A stretch of DNA of 64,000 nucleotides from Escherichia coli (GTDB lineage: Bacteria; Pseudomonadota; Gammaproteobacteria; Enterobacterales; Enterobacteriaceae): the NCBI RefSeq assembly GCF_003334315.1, contig NZ_QOWR01000016.1, one strand, 5' to 3'. This document shows positions 26,392-40,071 of this stretch, in pieces. Under the pieces are notes generated by a model. That model searched no databases. It was not told the origin of the DNA and was given only the letters and a program-made list of their open reading frames with translations. The position numbers and the translations under genes were made by a program. Positions within the stretch are counted from its first letter, which is position 1, and every line of letters begins with the position of its first letter.

Positions 26392-28017
26392 ATGACAGTA
26401 TTCAACAAATTTGCTAGAACTTTTAAATCTCATTGGTTGTTGTATCTTTGTGTTATTGTTTTTGGTATTACGAACTTAGTCGCTTCTTCCGGAGCGCATA
26501 TGGTTCAGCGCTTGCTGTTCTTCGTTCTGACCATCCTGGTTGTAAAACGTATATCATCCCTTCCGCTTCGCCTGCTTGTTGCCGCACCATTTGTGTTACT
26601 GACTGCGGCAGACATGAGTATTAGCCTCTATTCATGGTGTACCTTTGGTACAACTTTCAATGATGGATTTGCGATTAGTGTGCTCCAGAGTGATCCGGAT
26701 GAAGTTGTCAAAATGCTGGGGATGTATATCCCTTATCTATGTGCCTTTGCTTTTTTATCCCTTCTTTTTTTGGCAGTAATAATAAAATATGATGTTTCCT
26801 TGCCGACAAAAAAAGTGACAGGAATATTATTGCTGATTGTCATTTCGGGCAGTTTATTTTCCGCTTGTCAATTTGCTTATAAAGATGCAAAAAATAAAAA
26901 AGCGTTCAGTCCATATATACTAGCGTCGCGATTTGCTACCTATACGCCGTTTTTCAATCTCAACTATTTTGCTTTAGCAGCGAAAGAGCATCAAAGATTA
27001 CTCTCAATTGCAAACACGGTGCCGTATTTTCAATTATCAGTCAGGGATACAGGTATTGATACCTACGTGTTGATTGTGGGGGAGTCTGTACGTGTCGACA
27101 ATATGTCTTTGTATGGATATACACGCTCTACGACACCGCAAGTTGAAGCACAAAGAAAACAGATCAAACTGTTTAATCAAGCAATAAGCGGCGCACCTTA
27201 CACTGCGCTGTCGGTTCCCCTTTCTTTAACTGCTGATTCTGTTTTGAGTCATGACATTCATAATTACCCCGACAACATTATTAATATGGCTAATCAAGCA
27301 GGATTTCAGACTTTCTGGCTAAGCTCGCAATCCGCTTTTCGGCAGAATGGTACAGCAGTTACCAGTATCGCCATGCGCGCCATGGAAACAGTTTATGTCA
27401 GAGGATTTGATGAATTGTTGTTGCCGCATTTATCGCAAGCATTACAGCAAAATACGCAGCAAAAGAAACTGATTGTTCTTCATTTAAATGGAAGCCATGA
27501 ACCGGCTTGTAGCGCCTATCCGCAATCCAGCGCCGTGTTTCAACCGCAGGACGATCAGGATGCCTGCTATGACAACTCCATTCATTACACAGATAGTTTG
27601 CTAGGTCAGGTTTTTGAATTATTAAAAGATCGCCGCGCCTCGGTCATGTATTTTGCCGACCACGGCCTGGAACGTGACCCTACGAAGAAGAACGTCTATT
27701 TTCATGGAGGCAGGGAGGCTAGCCAGCAGGCATATCATGTCCCGATGTTTATCTGGTATAGCCCCGTTCTTGGGGATGGCGTGGATCGCACAACGGAAAA
27801 CAACATCTTTTCGACAGCTTACAATAATTACCTTATTAATGCGTGGATGGGGGTAACAAAGCCGGAACAGCCGCAAACGCTTGAGGAAGTGATTGCACAC
27901 TATAAAGGAGACTCACGGGTTGTGGATGCAAACCATGATGTTTTCGATTATGTGATGCTCAGAAAGGAGTTTACAGAGGATAAGCAAGGTAACCCCACCC
28001 CTGAAGGGCAGGGTTGA
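26392..28017 (+). CDS. yhbX: Inner membrane sulfatase/phosphoethanolamine-transferase-family protein (OpgE/EptA-like)
   Basis: 541-aa product from ATG MTVFNKFARTFKSHWLL with N-terminal TM helices and C-terminal sulfatase-like domain; matches YhbX; track ORF begins 11 codons upstream at a non-ATG codon. Confidence 0.85.
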   Translation: MTVFNKFARTFKSHWLLYLCVIVFGITNLVASSGAHMVQRLLFFVLTILVVKRISSLPLRLLVAAPFVLLTAADMSISLYSWCTFGTTFNDGFAISVLQSDPDEVVKMLGMYIPYLCAFAFLSLLFLAVIIKYDVSLPTKKVTGILLLIVISGSLFSACQFAYKDAKNKKAFSPYILASRFATYTPFFNLNYFALAAKEHQRLLSIANTVPYFQLSVRDTGIDTYVLIVGESVRVDNMSLYGYTRSTTPQVEAQRKQIKLFNQAISGAPYTALSVPLSLTADSVLSHDIHNYPDNIINMANQAGFQTFWLSSQSAFRQNGTAVTSIAMRAMETVYVRGFDELLLPHLSQALQQNTQQKKLIVLHLNGSHEPACSAYPQSSAVFQPQDDQDACYDNSIHYTDSLLGQVFELLKDRRASVMYFADHGLERDPTKKNVYFHGGREASQQAYHVPMFIWYSPVLGDGVDRTTENNIFSTAYNNYLINAWMGVTKPEQPQTLEEVIAHYKGDSRVVDANHDVFDYVMLRKEFTEDKQGNPTPEGQG

Positions 28018-28024
28018 TGTCGAA

Positions 28025-29383
<1,359 letters not shown>

Positions 29384-29419
29384 TTAATTAACTGATGATG
29401 AGCCTGGATTTCCGCTCTC

Positions 29420-29455
29420 ACTGAATTTTTATGCAAAATAAATGAGTTTTCATTT
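29420..29455 (-). promoter_or_regulatory. Tandem ARG boxes (ArgR operator) in argG promoter
   Basis: On the argG strand the region reads AAATGAAAACTCATTTAT TTTGCATAAAAATTCAGT, two adjacent 18-bp sites resembling TNTGAATWWWWATTCANT, 50-90 bp upstream of the argG start. Confidence 0.55.
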
Positions 29456-29593
29456 AATCATCTTTTATCGGAGACAGGAAGAGTTTAGTGTGTTTTTTGT
29501 AAAATAATGCGCTTAAGGGAGAGCAGGAGAAGGCAAAAGTATTCAACAAATGAAAGTGAACTGGATATTCATTCACATGATTAGCAATAAACG

Positions 29594-29623
29594 TTGACAA
29601 AATGTGGCGTGGATCACTATAAT
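29594..29623 (+). promoter_or_regulatory. Near-consensus sigma-70 promoter upstream of metY (distal)
   Basis: TTGACA -18 nt- TATAAT read directly from sequence about 95 bp upstream of the tRNA. Confidence 0.5.
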
Positions 29624-29671
29624 GCCTGCAGATTTTACGTCCCGTCTCGGTACACCAAATCCCAGCAGTAT

Positions 29672-29700
29672 TTGCATTTTTTACCCAAAACGAGTAGAAT
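29672..29700 (+). promoter_or_regulatory. sigma-70 promoter of metY (proximal)
   Basis: TTGCAT -17 nt- TAGAAT ending about 15 nt upstream of the mature tRNA 5' end. Confidence 0.6.
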
Positions 29701-29715
29701 TTGCCACGTTTCAGG

Positions 29716-29792
<77 letters not shown>

Positions 29793-29913
29793 CTTTCCCT
29801 TAGAGTCCTTTTTCAAATATACTGTGAAGACTTCGGCCTTCGTAGTGGGATTTGAAAAAATCCTTCTGGAAAGTGCTCCAGACCGCAGTTGCGGTTATAG
29901 GGTTCAGTTATAT

Positions 29914-29940
29914 AAAGCCCCGATTTATCGGGGTTTTTTG
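29914..29940 (+). terminator. Intrinsic terminator/attenuator between metY and rimP
   Basis: AAAGCCCCGATTTATCGGGGTTTTTTG hairpin plus T-tract. Confidence 0.7.
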
Positions 29941-29998
29941 TTATCTGACTACAGAATAACTGGGCTTTAGGCCCTTTTTTTATGTCTTGGGGGTGGGC

Positions 29999-30451
29999 TT
30001 GTCCACATTAGAGCAAAAATTAACAGAGATGATTACTGCGCCAGTTGAGGCCCTGGGTTTTGAACTGGTTGGCATCGAATTTATTCGCGGTCGCACATCC
30101 ACACTGCGCATCTATATTGATAGTGAAGATGGCATCAATGTTGATGATTGTGCTGATGTGAGCCACCAGGTAAGTGCTGTGCTGGATGTTGAAGATCCCA
30201 TCACCGTTGCTTATAACCTGGAAGTCTCCTCACCGGGTCTCGATCGCCCACTGTTCACGGCTGAACACTACGCCCGTTTTGTCGGAGAAGAGGTGACTCT
30301 GGTTCTCCGTATGGCGGTACAAAACCGTCGTAAATGGCAGGGCGTTATCAAAGCGGTAGACGGTGAAATGATCACAGTTACCGTCGAAGGTAAAGATGAA
30401 GTGTTCGCGCTGAGTAATATCCAGAAGGCGAACCTGGTTCCCCACTTTTAA
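29999..30451 (+). CDS. rimP: Ribosome maturation factor RimP
   Basis: 150-aa product (M)[24 protein letters not shown] from a TTG start; matches RimP (YhbC). Confidence 0.9.
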
Positions 30452-30478
30452 TAGTCTGGATGAGGTGAAAAGCCCGCG

Positions 30479-31966
<1,488 letters not shown>

Positions 31967-31990
31967 TAAACTGTAGCAGGAAGGAACAGC

Positions 31991-34663
31991 ATGACAGATG
32001 TAACGATTAAAACGCTGGCCGCAGAGCGACAGACCTCCGTGGAACGCCTGGTACAGCAATTTGCTGATGCAGGTATCCGGAAGTCTGCTGACGACTCTGT
32101 GTCTGCACAAGAGAAACAGACTTTGATTGACCACCTGAATCAGAAAAATTCAGGCCCGGACAAATTGACGCTGCAACGTAAAACACGCAGCACCCTTAAC
32201 ATTCCTGGTACCGGTGGAAAAAGCAAATCGGTACAAATCGAAGTCCGCAAGAAACGCACCTTTGTGAAACGCGATCCGCAAGAGGCTGAACGCCTTGCAG
32301 CGGAAGAGCAAGCGCAGCGTGAAGCGGAAGAGCAAGCCCGTCGTGAGGCAGAAGAATCGGCTAAACGCGAGGCGCAACAAAAAGCTGAACGTGAGGCCGC
32401 AGAACAAGCTAAGCGTGAAGCTGCTGAACAAGCGAAACGTGAAGCTGCGGAAAAAGACAAAGTGAGCAATCAACAAGACGATATGACTAAAAACGCCCAG
32501 GCTGAAAAAGCCCGCCGTGAGCAGGAAGCTGCAGAGCTCAAGCGTAAAGCTGAAGAAGAAGCGCGTCGTAAACTCGAAGAAGAAGCACGTCGCGTTGCTG
32601 AAGAAGCACGTCGTATGGCGGAAGAAAACAAATGGACTGATAACGCGGAACCGACTGAAGATTCCAGCGATTATCACGTCACTACTTCTCAACATGCTCG
32701 CCAGGCAGAAGACGAAAGCGATCGTGAAGTCGAAGGCGGCCGTGGCCGTGGTCGTAACGCGAAAGCAGCGCGTCCGAAGAAAGGCAACAAACACGCTGAA
32801 TCAAAAGCTGATCGTGAAGAAGCACGCGCAGCAGTACGTGGCGGTAAAGGCGGAAAACGTAAAGGTTCTTCGCTGCAGCAAGGCTTCCAGAAGCCTGCTC
32901 AGGCCGTTAACCGTGACGTTGTGATCGGCGAAACTATCACCGTTGGCGAACTGGCGAACAAGATGGCGGTTAAAGGCTCTCAGGTCATCAAAGCGATGAT
33001 GAAACTGGGCGCAATGGCAACCATCAACCAGGTTATCGATCAGGAAACCGCACAGCTGGTTGCTGAAGAGATGGGCCATAAAGTTATCCTGCGTCGTGAA
33101 AACGAGCTGGAAGAGGCGGTAATGAGCGACCGTGACACGGGTGCTGCGGCTGAACCGCGCGCGCCGGTTGTGACCATCATGGGTCACGTTGACCACGGTA
33201 AAACCTCTCTGCTGGACTACATTCGTTCAACGAAAGTGGCCTCTGGCGAAGCGGGCGGCATTACCCAGCACATTGGTGCATACCACGTTGAAACTGAAAA
33301 CGGCATGATCACCTTCCTGGACACCCCGGGGCACGCCGCGTTTACTTCAATGCGTGCTCGTGGTGCGCAGGCAACGGACATCGTAGTCCTGGTTGTTGCT
33401 GCCGACGACGGTGTGATGCCGCAGACCATCGAAGCAATCCAGCACGCGAAAGCGGCGCAGGTACCGGTGGTGGTTGCAGTGAACAAGATCGATAAACCAG
33501 AAGCTGATCCGGATCGCGTTAAGAACGAACTCTCCCAGTACGGCATCCTGCCGGAAGAGTGGGGCGGTGAAAGCCAGTTCGTACACGTATCTGCGAAAGC
33601 GGGTACCGGTATCGATGAACTGCTGGACGCTATCCTGCTGCAGGCGGAAGTTCTGGAGCTGAAAGCGGTACGTAAAGGTATGGCGAGCGGTGCGGTTATC
33701 GAATCCTTCCTCGATAAAGGTCGTGGTCCGGTTGCTACCGTTCTGGTACGTGAAGGTACTCTGCACAAGGGCGATATCGTTCTGTGTGGCTTCGAATACG
33801 GTCGTGTTCGTGCGATGCGTAACGAACTGGGTCAGGAAGTGCTGGAAGCGGGTCCGTCCATTCCGGTGGAAATCCTCGGCCTGTCCGGCGTACCGGCTGC
33901 GGGTGATGAAGTTACCGTTGTACGTGACGAGAAGAAAGCGCGTGAAGTTGCACTCTATCGTCAGGGTAAATTCCGCGAAGTTAAACTGGCGCGTCAGCAG
34001 AAATCTAAACTCGAGAACATGTTCGCCAACATGACCGAAGGCGAAGTTCACGAAGTGAATATCGTCCTGAAGGCAGACGTACAGGGTTCTGTCGAAGCGA
34101 TCTCCGACTCCTTGCTGAAACTGTCTACTGACGAAGTTAAAGTGAAGATCATCGGTTCTGGCGTAGGTGGTATCACCGAAACCGACGCCACCCTGGCTGC
34201 GGCGTCCAACGCCATCCTGGTTGGCTTTAACGTACGTGCTGATGCCTCTGCACGTAAAGTGATTGAAGCGGAAAGCCTGGATCTGCGTTACTACTCCGTC
34301 ATCTATAACCTGATTGACGAAGTGAAAGCGGCGATGAGCGGTATGCTGTCTCCGGAACTGAAACAGCAGATTATCGGTCTGGCGGAAGTTCGTGACGTGT
34401 TCAAATCGCCGAAATTTGGTGCCATCGCAGGCTGTATGGTTACCGAAGGTGTGGTTAAACGTCACAACCCGATCCGCGTTCTGCGTGACAACGTGGTTAT
34501 CTACGAAGGCGAGCTGGAGTCCCTGCGCCGCTTCAAAGATGACGTTAACGAAGTCCGTAACGGTATGGAATGTGGTATCGGCGTTAAGAACTACAACGAC
34601 GTCCGCACTGGCGATGTGATCGAAGTATTCGAAATCATCGAGATCCAACGTACCATTGCTTAA
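31991..34663 (+). CDS. infB: Translation initiation factor IF-2
   Basis: 890-aa [32 protein letters not shown] with repetitive charged N-terminal region and GTPase G-domain ([12 protein letters not shown]); matches IF2. Confidence 0.97.
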
Positions 34664-34681
34664 GGTTTTTAGGGTTCCATG

Positions 34682-34757
34682 CGGGATAAGGCGTTTACGC
34701 TGCATCCGGCATGGATTGCCTGATGTGACGCTGGCGCGTCTTATCAGGTCAACGTGA
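34682..34757. repeat. REP element between infB and rbfA
   Basis: CGGGATAAGGCGTTTACGCTGCATCCGGCA ... GCCTGATGTGACGCTGGCGCGTCTTATCAGGTC. Confidence 0.75.
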
Positions 34758-34784
34758 ACAGCCCTTCCACCTGAAATTAATTTT

Positions 34785-34810
34785 AAAAAGGGGCTAACAG
34801 CCCCTTTTTT
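34785..34810 (+). terminator. Terminator-like hairpin immediately upstream of rbfA RBS
   Basis: AAAAAGGGGCTAACAGCCCCTTTTTT then GTCAGGAGAA and the rbfA ATG; possible attenuator within the nusA-infB-rbfA operon. Confidence 0.55.
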
Positions 34811-34826
34811 GTCAGGAGAATTTATT

Positions 34827-35228
34827 ATGGCGAAAGAATTTGGTCGCCCGCAGCGCGTAGCGCAGGAAATGCAAAAAGAGATCGCTCTCATCCTGCAGCG
34901 TGAAATTAAAGATCCTCGCCTGGGCATGATGACCACCGTTTCCGGTGTCGAAATGTCTCGCGACCTGGCGTATGCCAAAGTATATGTGACGTTCCTCAAC
35001 GACAAAGATGAAGACGCGGTTAAAGCGGGCATCAAAGCGTTGCAAGAAGCTTCTGGTTTCATCCGCAGCCTGCTGGGGAAAGCGATGCGCCTGCGTATCG
35101 TGCCGGAACTGACCTTCTTCTACGACAACTCTCTGGTTGAAGGGATGCGCATGTCAAACCTGGTGACCAGCGTGGTCAAACATGACGAAGAACGTCGTGT
35201 TAACCCGGACGACAGCAAGGAGGACTAA
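34827..35228 (+). CDS. rbfA: Ribosome-binding factor A
   Basis: Track ORF trimmed to [24 protein letters not shown] giving 133 aa; matches RbfA. Confidence 0.95.
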
Positions 35229-36172
35229 TGAGTCGTCCTCGTCGTCGCGGTCGCGACATTAACGGCGTTTTGTTGCTGGATAAACCTCAGGGTATGTCCA
35301 GCAACGATGCGCTGCAAAAAGTGAAACGTATATATAACGCCAACCGTGCCGGGCATACCGGTGCGCTGGACCCGCTGGCGACCGGCATGTTGCCGATTTG
35401 CCTCGGGGAAGCGACGAAGTTTTCCCAGTATCTGCTGGACTCCGACAAACGCTATCGGGTCATTGCGCGTCTTGGACAGCGTACCGATACTTCTGATGCC
35501 GACGGACAGATCGTTGAAGAACGTCCGGTAACCTTTAGCGCAGAGCAGCTGGCAGCGGCACTGGATACTTTCCGTGGCGATATCGAACAGATCCCTTCGA
35601 TGTATTCAGCACTGAAATATCAGGGCAAAAAACTGTACGAATATGCGCGTCAGGGCATTGAAGTTCCGCGTGAAGCGCGTCCGATTACCGTTTATGAATT
35701 GCTGTTTATTCGCCATGAAGGCAATGAGCTGGAGCTGGAAATTCACTGCTCAAAAGGCACTTATATCCGCACCATCATTGATGACCTGGGTGAAAAACTC
35801 GGCTGTGGCGCGCATGTTATTTACCTGCGCCGTCTGGCGGTAAGTAAATATCCGGTTGAACGGATGGTGACCCTGGAGCACCTGCGTGAACTTGTTGAGC
35901 AAGCTGAACAGCAGGATATTCCAGCCGCGGAGTTACTTGATCCATTACTGATGCCAATGGACAGTCCAGCTTCGGACTATCCGGTGGTGAATCTTCCGTT
36001 AACGTCTTCTGTTTACTTCAAAAATGGTAACCCGGTTCGTACATCTGGTGCGCCACTGGAAGGACTGGTTCGCGTCACGGAAGGTGAGAACGGCAAATTT
36101 ATCGGTATGGGCGAAATTGACGATGAAGGCCGCGTTGCGCCTCGTCGCCTGGTGGTTGAATACCCGGCGTAA
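35228..36172 (+). CDS. truB: tRNA pseudouridine-55 synthase
   Basis: 314-aa ORF with catalytic [14 protein letters not shown]; matches TruB; start overlaps rbfA stop. Confidence 0.96.
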
Positions 36173-36224
36173 TGTTAACCGTCTTGCGATAACAGGTCGC
36201 TACGAGTAGAATACTGCCGCTTAA

Positions 36225-36590
<366 letters not shown>

Positions 36591-36606
36591 TTCTTGCGAG
36601 TTTCAG

Positions 36607-36635
36607 AAAAGGGGGCCTGAGTGGCCCCTTTTTTC
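36607..36635 (+). terminator. Intrinsic terminator after rpsO
   Basis: AAAAGGGGGCCTGAGTGGCCCCTTTTTTC. Confidence 0.8.
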
Positions 36636-36836
36636 AAGCTGACGGCAGCAATTCACTGGAAACTAATGTATTGTTGCTATGAATGATCTTCCGTTGCAGA
36701 GGTTCGCGCGGCTAATGAGAGGCTTTACCCACATAGAGCTGGGTTAGGGTTGTCATTAGTCGCGAGGATGCGCAGAAGATCGGGTATTAACACCAGTGCC
36801 GTAAGGTACTGTCTAAGAAAGAGAAAGGATATTACA
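36636..36836 (+). promoter_or_regulatory. pnp 5' leader (autoregulatory region with RNase III-processed stem-loop; sRNA SraG reported in this intergenic region)
   Basis: About 200-nt untranslated region between rpsO terminator and the UUG start of pnp; regulatory role is from published E. coli work, not seen directly. Confidence 0.5.
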
Positions 36837-38972
36837 TTGCTTAATCCGATCGTTCGTAAATTCCAGTACGGCCAACACACCGTGACTCTGGAAACCGGCA
36901 TGATGGCTCGTCAGGCTACTGCCGCTGTTATGGTTAGCATGGATGACACCGCGGTATTCGTTACCGTTGTTGGCCAGAAAAAAGCCAAACCAGGTCAGGA
37001 CTTCTTCCCACTGACCGTTAACTATCAGGAGCGTACCTACGCTGCTGGTCGTATCCCGGGTAGCTTCTTCCGTCGTGAAGGCCGCCCAAGCGAAGGCGAA
37101 ACCCTGATCGCGCGTCTGATTGACCGCCCGATTCGCCCGCTGTTCCCGGAAGGCTTCGTCAACGAAGTTCAGGTTATCGCCACCGTGGTTTCTGTTAACC
37201 CGCAAGTTAACCCGGATATCGTCGCGATGATTGGTGCTTCCGCAGCGCTGTCTCTGTCTGGTATTCCGTTCAATGGCCCGATTGGTGCTGCCCGCGTAGG
37301 TTACATCAATGACCAGTACGTACTGAACCCGACTCAGGACGAGCTGAAAGAGAGCAAACTGGATCTGGTTGTTGCCGGTACTGAAGCCGCTGTACTGATG
37401 GTTGAATCTGAAGCTCAACTGCTGAGCGAAGACCAGATGCTGGGCGCAGTAGTGTTCGGTCATGAACAACAGCAGGTTGTTATTCAGAACATCAATGAAC
37501 TGGTGAAAGAAGCCGGTAAACCGCGTTGGGACTGGCAGCCGGAGCCGGTAAACGAAGCGCTAAACGCGCGCGTTGCTGCACTGGCTGAAGCTCGCCTGAG
37601 CGATGCTTACCGCATCACCGACAAACAAGAGCGTTATGCGCAGGTTGATGTCATCAAATCTGAAACCATCGCGACGCTGCTTGCTGAAGACGAAACCCTG
37701 GACGAAAACGAACTGGGTGAAATTCTGCACGCGATCGAGAAAAACGTTGTTCGTAGCCGCGTACTGGCAGGCGAACCGCGTATCGACGGTCGTGAAAAAG
37801 ATATGATCCGTGGTCTGGATGTGCGTACTGGCGTGCTGCCGCGTACTCACGGTTCTGCGCTGTTCACCCGTGGTGAAACGCAGGCGCTGGTTACCGCAAC
37901 GCTGGGTACTGCTCGTGACGCGCAGGTTCTTGATGAACTGATGGGCGAGCGTACCGATACCTTCCTGTTCCACTACAACTTCCCTCCGTACTCCGTAGGC
38001 GAAACCGGCATGGTCGGTTCTCCGAAGCGTCGTGAAATTGGTCACGGTCGTCTGGCGAAGCGCGGCGTGCTGGCAGTCATGCCGGATATGGACAAATTCC
38101 CGTACACCGTACGTGTTGTGTCTGAAATCACTGAATCCAACGGTTCCTCTTCTATGGCTTCCGTGTGCGGCGCGTCTCTGGCGCTGATGGACGCAGGTGT
38201 GCCGATCAAAGCTGCCGTTGCGGGTATCGCAATGGGTCTGGTGAAAGAAGGCGACAACTACGTTGTACTGTCTGACATTTTGGGCGACGAAGATCACCTG
38301 GGCGATATGGACTTCAAAGTTGCAGGTTCCCGCGACGGTATCTCTGCACTGCAGATGGATATCAAAATTGAAGGTATCACCAAAGAGATCATGCAGGTTG
38401 CGCTGAACCAGGCTAAAGGTGCGCGTCTGCATATCCTGGGCGTAATGGAACAGGCGATCAACGCGCCGCGTGGCGATATCTCTGAGTTCGCACCGCGTAT
38501 CCATACCATCAAGATCAACCCGGACAAGATCAAAGATGTTATCGGTAAAGGCGGTTCTGTAATCCGTGCTCTGACCGAAGAAACTGGCACCACCATCGAA
38601 ATCGAAGATGACGGTACTGTGAAGATTGCAGCGACCGACGGCGAGAAAGCGAAACATGCTATTCGTCGTATCGAAGAGATCACTGCAGAAATCGAAGTGG
38701 GCCGCGTCTACACTGGTAAAGTGACCCGTATCGTTGACTTTGGCGCATTTGTTGCCATCGGCGGCGGTAAAGAAGGTCTGGTCCACATCTCTCAAATCGC
38801 TGACAAACGCGTTGAGAAAGTGACCGATTACCTGCAGATGGGTCAGGAAGTACCGGTGAAAGTTCTGGAAGTTGATCGCCAGGGCCGTATCCGTCTGAGC
38901 ATTAAAGAAGCGACTGAGCAGTCTCAACCTGCTGCAGCACCGGAAGCTCCGGCTGCTGAACAGGGCGAGTAA
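36837..38972 (+). CDS. pnp: Polynucleotide phosphorylase
   Basis: 711-aa product from TTG start, (M)[26 protein letters not shown]; track ORF 36750 is an upstream extension; matches PNPase including C-terminal KH/S1 region. Confidence 0.95.
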   Translation: MLNPIVRKFQYGQHTVTLETGMMARQATAAVMVSMDDTAVFVTVVGQKKAKPGQDFFPLTVNYQERTYAAGRIPGSFFRREGRPSEGETLIARLIDRPIRPLFPEGFVNEVQVIATVVSVNPQVNPDIVAMIGASAALSLSGIPFNGPIGAARVGYINDQYVLNPTQDELKESKLDLVVAGTEAAVLMVESEAQLLSEDQMLGAVVFGHEQQQVVIQNINELVKEAGKPRWDWQPEPVNEALNARVAALAEARLSDAYRITDKQERYAQVDVIKSETIATLLAEDETLDENELGEILHAIEKNVVRSRVLAGEPRIDGREKDMIRGLDVRTGVLPRTHGSALFTRGETQALVTATLGTARDAQVLDELMGERTDTFLFHYNFPPYSVGETGMVGSPKRREIGHGRLAKRGVLAVMPDMDKFPYTVRVVSEITESNGSSSMASVCGASLALMDAGVPIKAAVAGIAMGLVKEGDNYVVLSDILGDEDHLGDMDFKVAGSRDGISALQMDIKIEGITKEIMQVALNQAKGARLHILGVMEQAINAPRGDISEFAPRIHTIKINPDKIKDVIGKGGSVIRALTEETGTTIEIEDDGTVKIAATDGEKAKHAIRRIEEITAEIEVGRVYTGKVTRIVDFGAFVAIGGGKEGLVHISQIADKRVEKVTDYLQMGQEVPVKVLEVDRQGRIRLSIKEATEQSQPAAAPEAPAAEQGE

Positions 38973-38982
38973 GGTTGCCATT

Positions 38983-39010
38983 TGCCCTCCGCTGCGGCGG
39001 GGGGCTTTTA
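38983..39010 (+). terminator. Intrinsic terminator after pnp
   Basis: GCCCTCCGCTGCGGCGGGGGGCTTTT. Confidence 0.65.
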
Positions 39011-39080
39011 ACCGGGCAGGACGCCTTGTTAGCAACCGGGAACAGGACGTTCATTCAACCGTGGTCTTCGGGAGTGGGAA

Positions 39081-39965
39081 ATGAAGCCTTTTTTGCGCTG
39101 GTGTTTCGTTGCGACAGCACTTACGCTTGCAGGATGCAGTAATACTTCCTGGCGTAAAAGTGAAGTCCTCGCGGTACCATTGCAACCGACTTTACAGCAG
39201 GAAGTGATTCTGGCACGTATGGAACAAATCCTTGCCAGTCGGGCTTTAACCGATGACGAACGCGCACAGCTTTTATATGAGCGCGGAGTGTTGTATGATA
39301 GTCTCGGTCTGAGGGCATTAGCGCGTAACGATTTTTCGCAAGCGCTGGCAATCCGACCGGATATGCCTGAAGTATTCAATTACTTAGGCATATATTTAAC
39401 GCAGGCAGGCAATTTTGATGCTGCCTATGAAGCGTTTGATTCTGTACTTGAGCTTGATCCAACTTACAACTACGCGCACTTGAATCGCGGGATCGCATTA
39501 TATTACGGCGGTCGTGACAAGTTAGCGCAAGATGATCTGCTGGCGTTTTATCAAGACGATCCCAATGATCCTTTCCGTAGTCTGTGGCTTTATCTCGCCG
39601 AGCAGAAGCTCGATGAGAAGCAGGCTAAAGAAGTGTTGAAACAGCACTTCGAAAAATCGGATAAGGAACAGTGGGGATGGAACATTGTCGAGTTCTACCT
39701 GGGCAACATTAGCGAACAAACGTTAATGGAAAGGCTCAAGGCGGACGCAACGGATAACACCTCGCTCGCTGAGCATCTCAGTGAAACCAACTTCTATTTA
39801 GGTAAGTACTACCTAAGTCTGGGGGATTTGGACAGCGCCACGGCACTGTTCAAACTGGCGGTTGCCAACAACGTTCATAACTTTGTTGAGCACCGATACG
39901 CATTGTTGGAATTATCGCTCCTGGGCCAGGACCAAGATGACCTGGCAGAATCGGACCAGCAATAG
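39081..39965 (+). CDS. nlpI: TPR-repeat outer membrane lipoprotein NlpI
   Basis: 294-aa ORF with lipobox LTLAGCS; matches NlpI. Confidence 0.95.
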
Positions 39966-40071
39966 CTGACGTACACATCAGCCCGTAATCTTTTTTGATT
40001 GCCATCACCTTAACGGGTGAGGGCGTTGTTGTTCGTTAATACACCTACTTTGAGCCGGTTCACACTTTTCA

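Noticed and set aside
33347-35062. 571-aa ORF on the minus strand antisense to infB and rbfA
   Set aside because: Lies entirely opposite the well-supported infB gene, has no recognisable domain composition (Cys/Arg/Thr/Phe-rich, typical of reverse-frame translation of a GC-rich, codon-biased gene) and no plausible RBS; treated as a stop-free antisense frame artefact.
37560-39035. 491-aa ORF on the minus strand antisense to pnp
   Set aside because: Antisense frame of pnp; no independent support.
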